From positions 18,151 through 82,150 of the forward strand of contig MFQC01000003.1 of the NCBI GenBank assembly GCA_001784285.1: a stretch of 64,000 nucleotides of DNA, read 5' to 3'. Of this stretch, positions 41,244 to 49,898 are shown in pieces. The notes under the pieces are model-generated. The model saw nothing but the letters and a program-made list of their open reading frames with translations. It ran no database searches and was not told the origin of the DNA. The DNA is from Candidatus Magasanikbacteria bacterium RIFCSPHIGHO2_02_FULL_48_18. Lineage in GTDB: Bacteria; Patescibacteriota; Patescibacteriia; Magasanikbacterales; UBA922. Position numbers and translations under genes: made by a program. Position 1 is the stretch's first letter. Each line of letters begins with the position of its first letter.

Positions 41244-43274
41244 ATGAACGTTTCAGAACTTGCGCGACAACTTCACGTCAATACCAAACAGCTCCTTGAA
41301 ATTTTACCGGGGTATGGCTTTGATATTGGCGCAAAAGCGATTAAAATTGATGACCGGACCGCGCAACAGGTAATGCGAAAATGGAAATTTATCAAAAGGG
41401 AACTGGAAGAAAAGCGTCTCGCTGAGTTGGAAGAACAAAAGAAAAAAGAACGCGAACTTCGAAAAGAAAGCGGCGTAGGCATTGTACTGCCCCAATTGAT
41501 CACGGTTCGAGAGTTCGCAGAGAAAATGAACATGCCGGTGACCCAGCTTATTGGGGAATTGATGAAAAATGGTATTTTGGCTAATCAAAATCAAAATATT
41601 GATTATGATACGGCCGGAATTATCGCAGAGGATCTGGGTTTTTCTGTTCAAAGGCAGGCGGGAAATATCGGGGAAAACATAAAAGAACAAAAAAAGACGG
41701 AAGCGCTGGAAGAAGCGCTCGGCAAGGGCGACGCGCTTGAACAGCGGCCGCCGGTTGTCGTTGTTATGGGTCATGTGGACCATGGGAAAACAAAATTGCT
41801 GGACACGATTCGTCAGGCGCATATTATTGATACCGAGTCGGGAGGCATCACGCAACACATTGGCGCATATCAGACGATTTGGAAGGACCCAAAAACCGGT
41901 GAAGAACGCCAACTTTCCTTTATTGACACTCCCGGCCATGAAGCGTTTACCGTCATGCGAAGCCGCGGCGCCAAAGTCGCTGACATTGGCATTTTGGTTG
42001 TTGCCGCGGACGATGGCGTCAAGCCCCAGACGGAAGAAGTGATCCAAATTTTAAAGGCGGCAAAACTGCCCTTTGTCGTGGCCATCAATAAAATTGATAA
42101 AGAAACCGCCGATGTCCAGCGCGTCAAAACAGAATTGTCGCAACACAACATTATTCCCGAAGAATGGGGCGGCAATGTCCCCATGGTCGAAATATCGGCG
42201 AAAGCCAACACCAACATCGACAAGTTGCTGGATGTTTTGCTGTTGGTTTCGGACATGCACGCTGAAGATATTCAAGCCGATTCTACCATTCCGGCCATTG
42301 GCACCATTATTGAGTCGCACGTGGACAAGGGGATGGGGCCGGTTGCAACCGTATTGGTGCAGGCAGGCACCCTCCGTAAGGGCGATCCCTTAGTGGTGAA
42401 CGGTGAAATTTATGGAAAAATTCGGGCAATGAAAAATTATCTCGGAGCGTCGCTTGAAATAGCGACTCCTTCAACGCCGGTTCAGATTATTGGGTTTAAG
42501 GTGGCGCCAGAAGTGGGAGATGTTATGGATTTGAGCAAGGAAAGCCAGGCACAAAAAATTGACATTAAACAAAAGAAATCCCTCCAAACAGGAGCGGAAA
42601 AACAAACAATTTTGGACGCAAAATCAGACGACGATGAAGAAAAAGGCAAAAACACCCTTAATGTACTTATTAAAACCGACGTGTTGGGGTCGCTTGAAGC
42701 CATTGTAGGATCATTGCAAAAAATCAGACACGACGAGGTCGGTGTAAAAATCATCGGGAAAGGGCTGGGAAATATCACCGAAGACGACGTGCACAAAGCG
42801 CAAGCCGGGGAAGGAACAATTGTCGGATTTAAAGTAAAAGCCACGCCGGTTGCCGAAGAAAGCATGCGAGAAAACGATATCCGTTTTTTGCAGTATGATG
42901 TGATTTACGATCTCATCAACTGGGTAAAGGATGAGCTGGAAAAATTGTTGGATGTTGAAAAAATTGTTACCGAGCTTGGCGTGCTAAAAGTTCTTGCGGT
43001 GTTTCGTACGGATAAAAAGGCGATGACCGTTGGAGGACGGGTTGAATCTGGAAAAATTCTTGAAGGCTCGCTTGCAAGAGTCAAGAGAAAAGGAGAATAT
43101 GTCGGCCAGGGAAAAATTGTCGAATGCCAGATAGGAAAACAAAAAATGAAAGAAGTGGCGGGGGGCACTGAATGCGGCATTCGTTTTGAAGGAAAGACAA
43201 AAATAGAAACTAACGACGTTATTGAATCGTACAGTGAAGAATCAAAAGTAAGAAAAATTGAATTTTTGAAATAA
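41244..43274 (+). CDS. infB: Translation initiation factor IF-2
   Basis: RPPVVVVMGHVDHGKT, GGITQHIGAY, DTPGHEAF, NKID. Confidence 0.97.
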   Translation: MNVSELARQLHVNTKQLLEILPGYGFDIGAKAIKIDDRTAQQVMRKWKFIKRELEEKRLAELEEQKKKERELRKESGVGIVLPQLITVREFAEKMNMPVTQLIGELMKNGILANQNQNIDYDTAGIIAEDLGFSVQRQAGNIGENIKEQKKTEALEEALGKGDALEQRPPVVVVMGHVDHGKTKLLDTIRQAHIIDTESGGITQHIGAYQTIWKDPKTGEERQLSFIDTPGHEAFTVMRSRGAKVADIGILVVAADDGVKPQTEEVIQILKAAKLPFVVAINKIDKETADVQRVKTELSQHNIIPEEWGGNVPMVEISAKANTNIDKLLDVLLLVSDMHAEDIQADSTIPAIGTIIESHVDKGMGPVATVLVQAGTLRKGDPLVVNGEIYGKIRAMKNYLGASLEIATPSTPVQIIGFKVAPEVGDVMDLSKESQAQKIDIKQKKSLQTGAEKQTILDAKSDDDEEKGKNTLNVLIKTDVLGSLEAIVGSLQKIRHDEVGVKIIGKGLGNITEDDVHKAQAGEGTIVGFKVKATPVAEESMRENDIRFLQYDVIYDLINWVKDELEKLLDVEKIVTELGVLKVLAVFRTDKKAMTVGGRVESGKILEGSLARVKRKGEYVGQGKIVECQIGKQKMKEVAGGTECGIRFEGKTKIETNDVIESYSEESKVRKIEFLK

Positions 43275-44035
43275 TGCGTTCTATGTTTTCATCCGAGGCT
43301 GAAAAAATACATGACGTAGAGCTCTCTCAATTGAGAGACGTTCAATCCAATCCGTATATTGTTGATCAAGAGGCGTCTTCTCACTCGGGTGATCATGAAG
43401 AAGATCCGCCGGATCTCTTTACCGGCGAGCGCAAAGCGACGCTTTTGGGCGGCGCTCAAGCCCGCGTGGAACGTGTCTCCAAAGAAAGTATCGTCGGCGG
43501 CGTGCGATTTAGCTTTGATGACGAGGTTCCAAAATCTCCAGAAAGCAAAACGACCGATGATGAGGACGCGGACGGACCGGAAAACCATGCGGTGGTTGAA
43601 GAAAATCTGCTTGAAGGCGAGATAATGAAGCGGTCGCTCATTGAACAGTTGGAAGCTATTTTCCGCGCGTATGGCAAAGATGTTTTTATGCTTCGAAAAA
43701 TTGGTGAAGATAATTCTGAGGGTCTCGAGGCGGAAGAAGGCATAGATCCGCGACAAATCGGGAATGAGGTCAATTTGGACGCGGCGATTTTTGTGATTGA
43801 CGCCAGCGATGGAGAAAAAATGGCGGCATTATTTGAGAATCCTCCGGCTGTTTCCGGGCTTGATATGGCAGGGAATTTTGATATTGAGCCGTGGAATTAT
43901 TTGCATAATGATGGATTTGTTGTAAGATATCGTCTGCCGGATAGCGACAAAATCGCGGAAATGCGGTTTTTGTATCAGCAAGATGAGAATGTCCGAAGTT
44001 TGGAAGCGTTTCGTACTCTCAAACGTAAAGAATAA
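43274..44035 (+). CDS. Acidic hypothetical protein
   Basis: 253-aa ORF coupled to infB by TAATG; D/E-rich N-terminus; no recognised motif. Confidence 0.7.
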   Translation: MRSMFSSEAEKIHDVELSQLRDVQSNPYIVDQEASSHSGDHEEDPPDLFTGERKATLLGGAQARVERVSKESIVGGVRFSFDDEVPKSPESKTTDDEDADGPENHAVVEENLLEGEIMKRSLIEQLEAIFRAYGKDVFMLRKIGEDNSEGLEAEEGIDPRQIGNEVNLDAAIFVIDASDGEKMAALFENPPAVSGLDMAGNFDIEPWNYLHNDGFVVRYRLPDSDKIAEMRFLYQQDENVRSLEAFRTLKRKE

Positions 44036-44056
44036 ATATTTTTTAATTTTTTTCCT

Positions 44057-44380
44057 ATGTCCGAAGCAACATTCACCGATCAAAATTTTGAACAAGAAGT
44101 GTTACAATCGGCTGTGCCGGTGTTTGTTGATTTTTGGGCGCCATGGTGCGGGCCATGCCAGATGATGGGGCCTATCGTTGAAGCATTGGCAGGGGAGTAT
44201 GACAGCGGAAAAATAAAGATTGGAAAGTTGAATGTGGATGAAAATCAAGAAATTGCAGGCAAATATCAAATTATGAGCATTCCCACATTTCTCATATTCA
44301 AAAATGGAGAAAAAGCGGATCAGTTGGTTGGCGGGGTGAGCAAGGAAAAAATGAAGGAATTTATTGATAAGAACATTTAA
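44057..44380 (+). CDS. trxA: Thioredoxin
   Basis: DFWAPWCGPC, SIPT. Confidence 0.96.
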   Translation: MSEATFTDQNFEQEVLQSAVPVFVDFWAPWCGPCQMMGPIVEALAGEYDSGKIKIGKLNVDENQEIAGKYQIMSIPTFLIFKNGEKADQLVGGVSKEKMKEFIDKNI

Positions 44381-44400
44381 AATTGTCTTCGACCAATGTG

Positions 44401-44442
44401 AGTATAAAAACAGCCGGCTTCCGCGCCGGTGTTTTTATACTT
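44401..44442 (+). terminator. Terminator-like long inverted repeat after trxA
   Basis: AGTATAAAAAC.GCCGGC-loop-GCCGGTGTTTTTATACT. Confidence 0.7.
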
Positions 44443-44547
44443 TGGAGTTCTCAAAACTTCCAGGCTTCGAACTGTTACCTTCACTTGACGCCCGCCTCTC
44501 TTAGGGCGTAAAATAGCAATACTTTTGTCATTTTTTTTTCTTTTTTT

Positions 44548-45786
44548 ATGAACAATCCCTTCGCAAACGCGATGACCCAGCTCGACAAGGCGGCAACCAT
44601 TATGAAGCTTGACCGATCGGTCCATGAGATATTGCGTCAGCCAAAGCGCGTTCTTACCGTTTCTATCCCTGTGAGAATGGATGATGGGTCAATGAAAGTT
44701 TTTACCGGATTTCGAAGCCAATACACAGATGCCCTCGGTCCGTTTAAGGGTGGTATTCGCTATCATTGGAATGTGACGCTTGACGAAGTCAAAGCATTGT
44801 CTTTTTGGATGGCTCTCAAATGCGCCACTGTCGGTATTCCTCTTGGCGGAGGAAAAGGGGGTATTATTGTCAATCCAAAGGAACTCTCCGAAGGAGAATT
44901 GGAGCGTTTGTCTCGAGGATATATTCAAAAAATATATAAATATATCGGCCCAACGCAAGATGTCCCGGCGCCGGATGTATATACTACCCCAAAGATTATG
45001 GCCTGGATGCTCGATGAGTATGAAAAACTCGTTGGCGAGCATGCCCCGGGTGTTATTACCGGGAAACCGTTGTCTGTCGGCGGGTCCCAAGGCAGGGGCT
45101 TTTCCACGGCTCAGGGCGGCGTGTACGTGTTGAGAGAAGCGGTGAAGAAAAAAAACATGGTCCCTTCCGAAACATCCGTTGCCATTCAAGGTTTTGGGAA
45201 TGCCGGGAGCTTTATGGCAAAAATTTTGGCAAAAGAAGGGTATCGAATTGTTGCGGTCACCGATTCTCAAGGGGGTGCGATGAATAGAAGTGGATTGCAT
45301 ATTTCGGAATTGGAAGCGTACAAACGCGAACGCGGGACAGTGCTTGGAGCGCCGGCAACCGAACCAATTTCAAACGATGATATCCTCACGCTTGACGCGG
45401 ATGTGGTGGTTCCGGCCGCGCTCGAGAATGTGATTACTGCCACCAACGCTCCGATGATAAAAGCAAAAATTATTCTCGAACTGGCGAACGGTCCGGTCAC
45501 CCCGGAAGCAGATGAGATATTGCATAAGAATGGCGTGTTGTTTGTTCCGGATATTTTATCAAATGCCGGCGGAGTCACCGTGAGTTATTTTGAACAGGTG
45601 CAAAATGCCTACAACCACTATTGGACCGAAGAACAGGTACTCAAAAAATTGGAGGCGATCATGGTTGCCGCCTTTTCAGCGGTGTGGGAAACAAAAGAAA
45701 AACACAATATTGATATGAGAACAGCCGCCTTTGTTCTCGCGGTTGGAAGAATCGCGGAAGGGCTCCTTGCTCGCGGGTTGGTATAA
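44548..45786 (+). CDS. gdhA: Glutamate dehydrogenase (Glu/Leu/Phe/Val family)
   Basis: GPFKGGIRY, GGGKGG, DVPAPD, QGFGNAG, NAGGVTVSYFE. Confidence 0.93.
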   Translation: MNNPFANAMTQLDKAATIMKLDRSVHEILRQPKRVLTVSIPVRMDDGSMKVFTGFRSQYTDALGPFKGGIRYHWNVTLDEVKALSFWMALKCATVGIPLGGGKGGIIVNPKELSEGELERLSRGYIQKIYKYIGPTQDVPAPDVYTTPKIMAWMLDEYEKLVGEHAPGVITGKPLSVGGSQGRGFSTAQGGVYVLREAVKKKNMVPSETSVAIQGFGNAGSFMAKILAKEGYRIVAVTDSQGGAMNRSGLHISELEAYKRERGTVLGAPATEPISNDDILTLDADVVVPAALENVITATNAPMIKAKIILELANGPVTPEADEILHKNGVLFVPDILSNAGGVTVSYFEQVQNAYNHYWTEEQVLKKLEAIMVAAFSAVWETKEKHNIDMRTAAFVLAVGRIAEGLLARGLV

Positions 45787-45839
45787 ACAGGTTTTAAGGA
45801 GGGCCACATCGTTTTTTATGCTCTCCGTATTATGTTGGT

Positions 45840-46616
45840 ATGCAAGAATTTATTGAGACACTTCTGAAAGAAGCCGGAGACATGGCAAAAGCCTATTTTT
45901 ATAAAGGCGTAACGCACAAAACAAAGTCGAATTTGGCGGATTTGCTGACAGAGGCCGATCTCGCGGTAAGTGATTTTTTAGTACGCAAAATTCACGAGGC
46001 TTATCCGGATGATCATATTCACAGCGAAGAAATGGAGAAGGATATCAATCCCGGGAGTTTTCGAGAGTGGGTGATTGATCCTATTGATGGAACGCTCAAT
46101 TTTGCAAAAGGCATTCCCTCTTGGTGCCATCTTTTGGCGGTGGTCGAGGATAAAGAGACGCTGTATGGAGCCGCGTATCACCCCATTGCGCAGGAATTTT
46201 TCTTTGGAGAAAAAAACCATGGCGCAACGATGAATCGGATGCCAATTCGGGTGAGCCAAAAAGATTCATTTGATTTTGCTATTGGCCATGGCGCGCGATT
46301 TCCTACTGAGGACGCTGTGTACGGCACGCATATTGAACAATTTAAAGAATATTTCCGCCGGCTCAATCTCAATACCAATGTGTGGATACAGCATCATGGA
46401 TCTATGATCGGCGCGTGTTATGTGGCAAGCGGAGGATTGGATTTTTTTCTTCAAAACGCCGGGTTGGATCACGATTATCTCGCGCCGGCGCTTCTGTGTG
46501 AAGAAGCAGGCGCAGTGGTTACTGATAGCGAAGGCAACCCGTGGAAAAGGGGGAGACAAGATATTGTTATTGCAAACCCGACGCTTCATAAAAAACTCAT
46601 GGCGTTATTCGCGTAA
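45840..46616 (+). CDS. Inositol monophosphatase family protein
   Basis: TEAD, SEE, WVIDPIDGTLNF, EAGAVVTD. Confidence 0.9.
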   Translation: MQEFIETLLKEAGDMAKAYFYKGVTHKTKSNLADLLTEADLAVSDFLVRKIHEAYPDDHIHSEEMEKDINPGSFREWVIDPIDGTLNFAKGIPSWCHLLAVVEDKETLYGAAYHPIAQEFFFGEKNHGATMNRMPIRVSQKDSFDFAIGHGARFPTEDAVYGTHIEQFKEYFRRLNLNTNVWIQHHGSMIGACYVASGGLDFFLQNAGLDHDYLAPALLCEEAGAVVTDSEGNPWKRGRQDIVIANPTLHKKLMALFA

Positions 46617-46637
46617 ATTTAAAGGAAATCAATCGGT

Positions 46638-49600
46638 ATGGACCAATATAATCCAAAAATTATTGAAAAAAAATGGCAGGAAGAGTGGGAAAAGAAGGGA
46701 CTTTCTTCAACCCCAGTCGATGCCACCAGGGATAATAAAATGTATGTGCTCCCACAGTTGCCCTATCCGTCCGGATCCGGGTTGCATGCGGGCCATGCCG
46801 AAGTGTACGCCGCCTGCGATATATACGCGCGGTTTTTGCGCATGCAAGGCAAAAAAGTATTACAAGTGTTTGGTCTGGATTCGTTTGGATTGCCGGCAGA
46901 AAATTATGCCATTAAAACCAATGTCCATCCTCGTGAAACCATTAATAAGGCCGGGGAGATGTTTTGCGAGCAGGTTCGTTCACTTGGCATCTCCGTCGAT
47001 TGGGACAGGTTCGTTCGTTCAAGCGATCCAAACTATTATCAATGGACGCAGTGGTTTTTTTTGCTCATGTATAAGCGGGGATTGGCATATCGAAAAAAAC
47101 AATCGGTGAATTGGTGCGATAGTTGTAAAACCGTTCTCGCAAATGAACAGGTCACGCCTCAAGGAATGTGTGAACGGTGCGAAACCGTCGTTATTCAAAA
47201 AGAAATGGAACAATGGTATTTAAAAATTACCGAATATGCTGAGCGTCTTCTTGAAGGCCTCGACCGCATTGATTGGCCGGAAGAAACAAAACAGCGTCAG
47301 CGCAATTGGATTGGAAGAAGCGAAGGCGCGGAAATTCTGTTCCGGATTCCATGCGGGACGTGTGGAAAAAAGCCGGTCGGCCAAACGATCAGTTGCGCTG
47401 ACGACAAGACAGTGGCCGTCTTTACCACACGTCCTGATACCATTTTTGGAACGACCTATTTGGTTTTAGCTCCGGAGCATCCGTTTATTCAAAATCAAAA
47501 ATCAAAAATCAAAAATTGGAATGAGGTTCAAGCATATATTGAAAAAACCGGCAAAAAAACCGAATTGGATCGTCAGATTGAAAAAGAAAAAACAGGAGTA
47601 GAGCTTGAGGGGATACAGGCGATAAATCCGGTAAATGGTGAAGGAATTCCTATTTGGATTGCGGATTATGTTCTTGCGACCTACGGAACCGGCGCTATTA
47701 TGGCTGTTCCCGCCCACGATGAACGAGATTTTGCGTTTGCAAAAAAGTTTGGGCTTAAAATTCGCCAGGTCGTTGATCCTACAGAATATTTTGTAGCAGT
47801 TGATAAAGCGAATGTTGATTTTAAAAAATTAAATGAATACAGAAAAACAATTTTTGTAAATGAAATAGTTTTTGGTGCAGAAGGTCAATTTACGCTTGCT
47901 GTGAGAAACAAAAAAATAATGAATAAAATAGTGCAGAATTGTATCACTAGGGGTGGCGTTAAAGGGATTTATTCTAGTGGGGAAGAATCAGTGCAGGATT
48001 GGTACAAAACTGAAGAAGAGAAGGAATATCGGCCTTTTTTAGATGAAGCAACTGCAATCAACTCCGATTTTCTTAATGATCTCGAAACAAAAGAAGCAAA
48101 AGAAAAAATAATTCAACATTTGGAGGCAGAAAGGATGGGAAAGCGGCATATCCAGTATAAACTTCGAGATTGGTCGGTGTCGCGTCAGCGGTTTTGGGGC
48201 GCCCCGATTCCAATGATCTACAACGAACAAAGAGCAAAAAATAAAAAACACTATTTGTTTCTCCATGGCTATCGAGCGCATGGGAGTGATTGTTTTCGTT
48301 CTTGGCTCAAACACGAATTGGAAAAACAAGGCCATATTGTTTGGGCCGAAGATTTGCCCAACACAGATAAACCGCACATTGATGAACAGGTTGATTTTGT
48401 TTTGCGCACGGCTGATCTTTCGGAAGATACCGTTATTGTCGCGCATAGTCATGGCGGGGGAGTAGCTTTTCGACTGCTTGAAAAAACAAAACAAAAAATC
48501 GCAAAGGTGGTCTTGGTTGATTGTTTTTACAAGCCGGAATTTACCGATAAAAAACGTCCGGATGTGGAAAAGAGCGATACGTGGACGTTTGATTTTGAAA
48601 AAATTCGCGCGGCCGCGGATGAATTTGTCATTGTTCACGATCGTGATGAAAAAACGATTAGCAAAAAACAAGCCGAAGAAATGGCCGAGCTGTTGGGCGC
48701 TCGTCTTATTTTTGAAACACCGCAAGAACGGCACTTTACCGGCGCGAAAGAGCCGCGTATTTTGGAAGAATCACTGGTCACCGGCTTGCATCCTGTTTCA
48801 GAACATGATTTGCCCGTTCTTTTGCCCGATGATGTTGATTTCAAGCCCACTGGCCAATCGCCCTTGACGTATTCGGAAGAATTTCAAAAAGGCGTGGAAG
48901 AACAATATGGAAAAGGCTGGAAACGGGAAGTGGATACGCTTGATACATTTATGTGTTCAAGCTGGTATTATTATCGTTATCTTGATCCGCATAATGATAC
49001 GGCATTTGCGTCCAAAGAGGCGCTCAAACGCTGGATGCCGGTTGATTTTTATCTTGGCGGGGAAGAGCACGTCAATGGCCACCTGCTCTATTCTCGATTT
49101 TTTACCAAAGTGCTCTACGACGCGGGATACATTGATTTTGATGAACCGTTTCTCAAACATCGCCATCAAGGGCTTATTCTTGGCGAGGACAACAGAAAAA
49201 TGAGCAAACGGTGGGGGAATGTGATCAACCCGACCGATGTGGTGAATACGTTCGGCGCGGACACGGTTCGCATGTACGAAATGTTTATGGGCCCGTTGGA
49301 GCAGACAAAACCATGGAGTACGAATGGGGTAAAAGGCGTGCGGAGGTTTTTGGATAAGGTGTGGAGATTGCATGCATCAGTTGTGAGACACGAGCCTTCA
49401 GACAGCGAAAGTGCGGAGTTGGATTCTTTAGTGCATAAGACCGTAAAAAAAGTCACAAAAGATCTTCATGCGATGAGTTTTAATACGGCAATCGCAAAAA
49501 TGATGGAATTGGTCAATGCGATGCAAAAGGAAGAAAAAATTTGTCAACAGCATTTTGAGTTTATTCTTCTTCTGCTGTCTCCTTTTGTGCCGCACATTGC

Positions 49601-49874
49601 GGAAGAGTTGTGGGCAATGCTTGGCCACACGACAAGCATTACGCTTGAATCCTGGCCTGTATTTGACCCGTCGAAAATTGTGGATGAAATGGTCATGTTG
49701 GTGCTCCAGGTGAATGGAAAAATGAGGGGCAGTATTGAAGTGGGTCGAGATATTTCGGATGATGACGCAAAAACAACGGCTCTCTGCCATCCCAATGTAG
49801 TAAAATGGCTCGGTGGGAAAGAACCAAAAAAGATTATTGTTGTGCCGGGTAAATTGGTCAGTATTGTCGTATAA
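46638..49874 (+). CDS. leuS: Leucine--tRNA ligase with inserted domains, including an alpha/beta hydrolase
   Basis: PYPSGSGLHAGH, FTTRPDT, GTGAIMAVPAHDERD, RDWSVSRQRFWG, KMSKR; 1078 aa. Confidence 0.97.
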   Translation: MDQYNPKIIEKKWQEEWEKKGLSSTPVDATRDNKMYVLPQLPYPSGSGLHAGHAEVYAACDIYARFLRMQGKKVLQVFGLDSFGLPAENYAIKTNVHPRETINKAGEMFCEQVRSLGISVDWDRFVRSSDPNYYQWTQWFFLLMYKRGLAYRKKQSVNWCDSCKTVLANEQVTPQGMCERCETVVIQKEMEQWYLKITEYAERLLEGLDRIDWPEETKQRQRNWIGRSEGAEILFRIPCGTCGKKPVGQTISCADDKTVAVFTTRPDTIFGTTYLVLAPEHPFIQNQKSKIKNWNEVQAYIEKTGKKTELDRQIEKEKTGVELEGIQAINPVNGEGIPIWIADYVLATYGTGAIMAVPAHDERDFAFAKKFGLKIRQVVDPTEYFVAVDKANVDFKKLNEYRKTIFVNEIVFGAEGQFTLAVRNKKIMNKIVQNCITRGGVKGIYSSGEESVQDWYKTEEEKEYRPFLDEATAINSDFLNDLETKEAKEKIIQHLEAERMGKRHIQYKLRDWSVSRQRFWGAPIPMIYNEQRAKNKKHYLFLHGYRAHGSDCFRSWLKHELEKQGHIVWAEDLPNTDKPHIDEQVDFVLRTADLSEDTVIVAHSHGGGVAFRLLEKTKQKIAKVVLVDCFYKPEFTDKKRPDVEKSDTWTFDFEKIRAAADEFVIVHDRDEKTISKKQAEEMAELLGARLIFETPQERHFTGAKEPRILEESLVTGLHPVSEHDLPVLLPDDVDFKPTGQSPLTYSEEFQKGVEEQYGKGWKREVDTLDTFMCSSWYYYRYLDPHNDTAFASKEALKRWMPVDFYLGGEEHVNGHLLYSRFFTKVLYDAGYIDFDEPFLKHRHQGLILGEDNRKMSKRWGNVINPTDVVNTFGADTVRMYEMFMGPLEQTKPWSTNGVKGVRRFLDKVWRLHASVVRHEPSDSESAELDSLVHKTVKKVTKDLHAMSFNTAIAKMMELVNAMQKEEKICQQHFEFILLLLSPFVPHIAEELWAMLGHTTSITLESWPVFDPSKIVDEMVMLVLQVNGKMRGSIEVGRDISDDDAKTTALCHPNVVKWLGGKEPKKIIVVPGKLVSIVV
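47489..47515 (+). repeat. TCAAAAA heptamer tandem inside leuS
   Basis: TCAAAA TCAAAAA TCAAAAA TCAAAAA, encoding QNQKSKIKN. Confidence 0.7.
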
Positions 49875-49898
49875 GACCGGCGCATGTATTGACAACCT

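Noticed and set aside
47780-48780. LeuRS insertions as inteins or introns
   Set aside because: No C/S start with HN-C/S/T end, no LAGLIDADG motifs, and the frame is uninterrupted.
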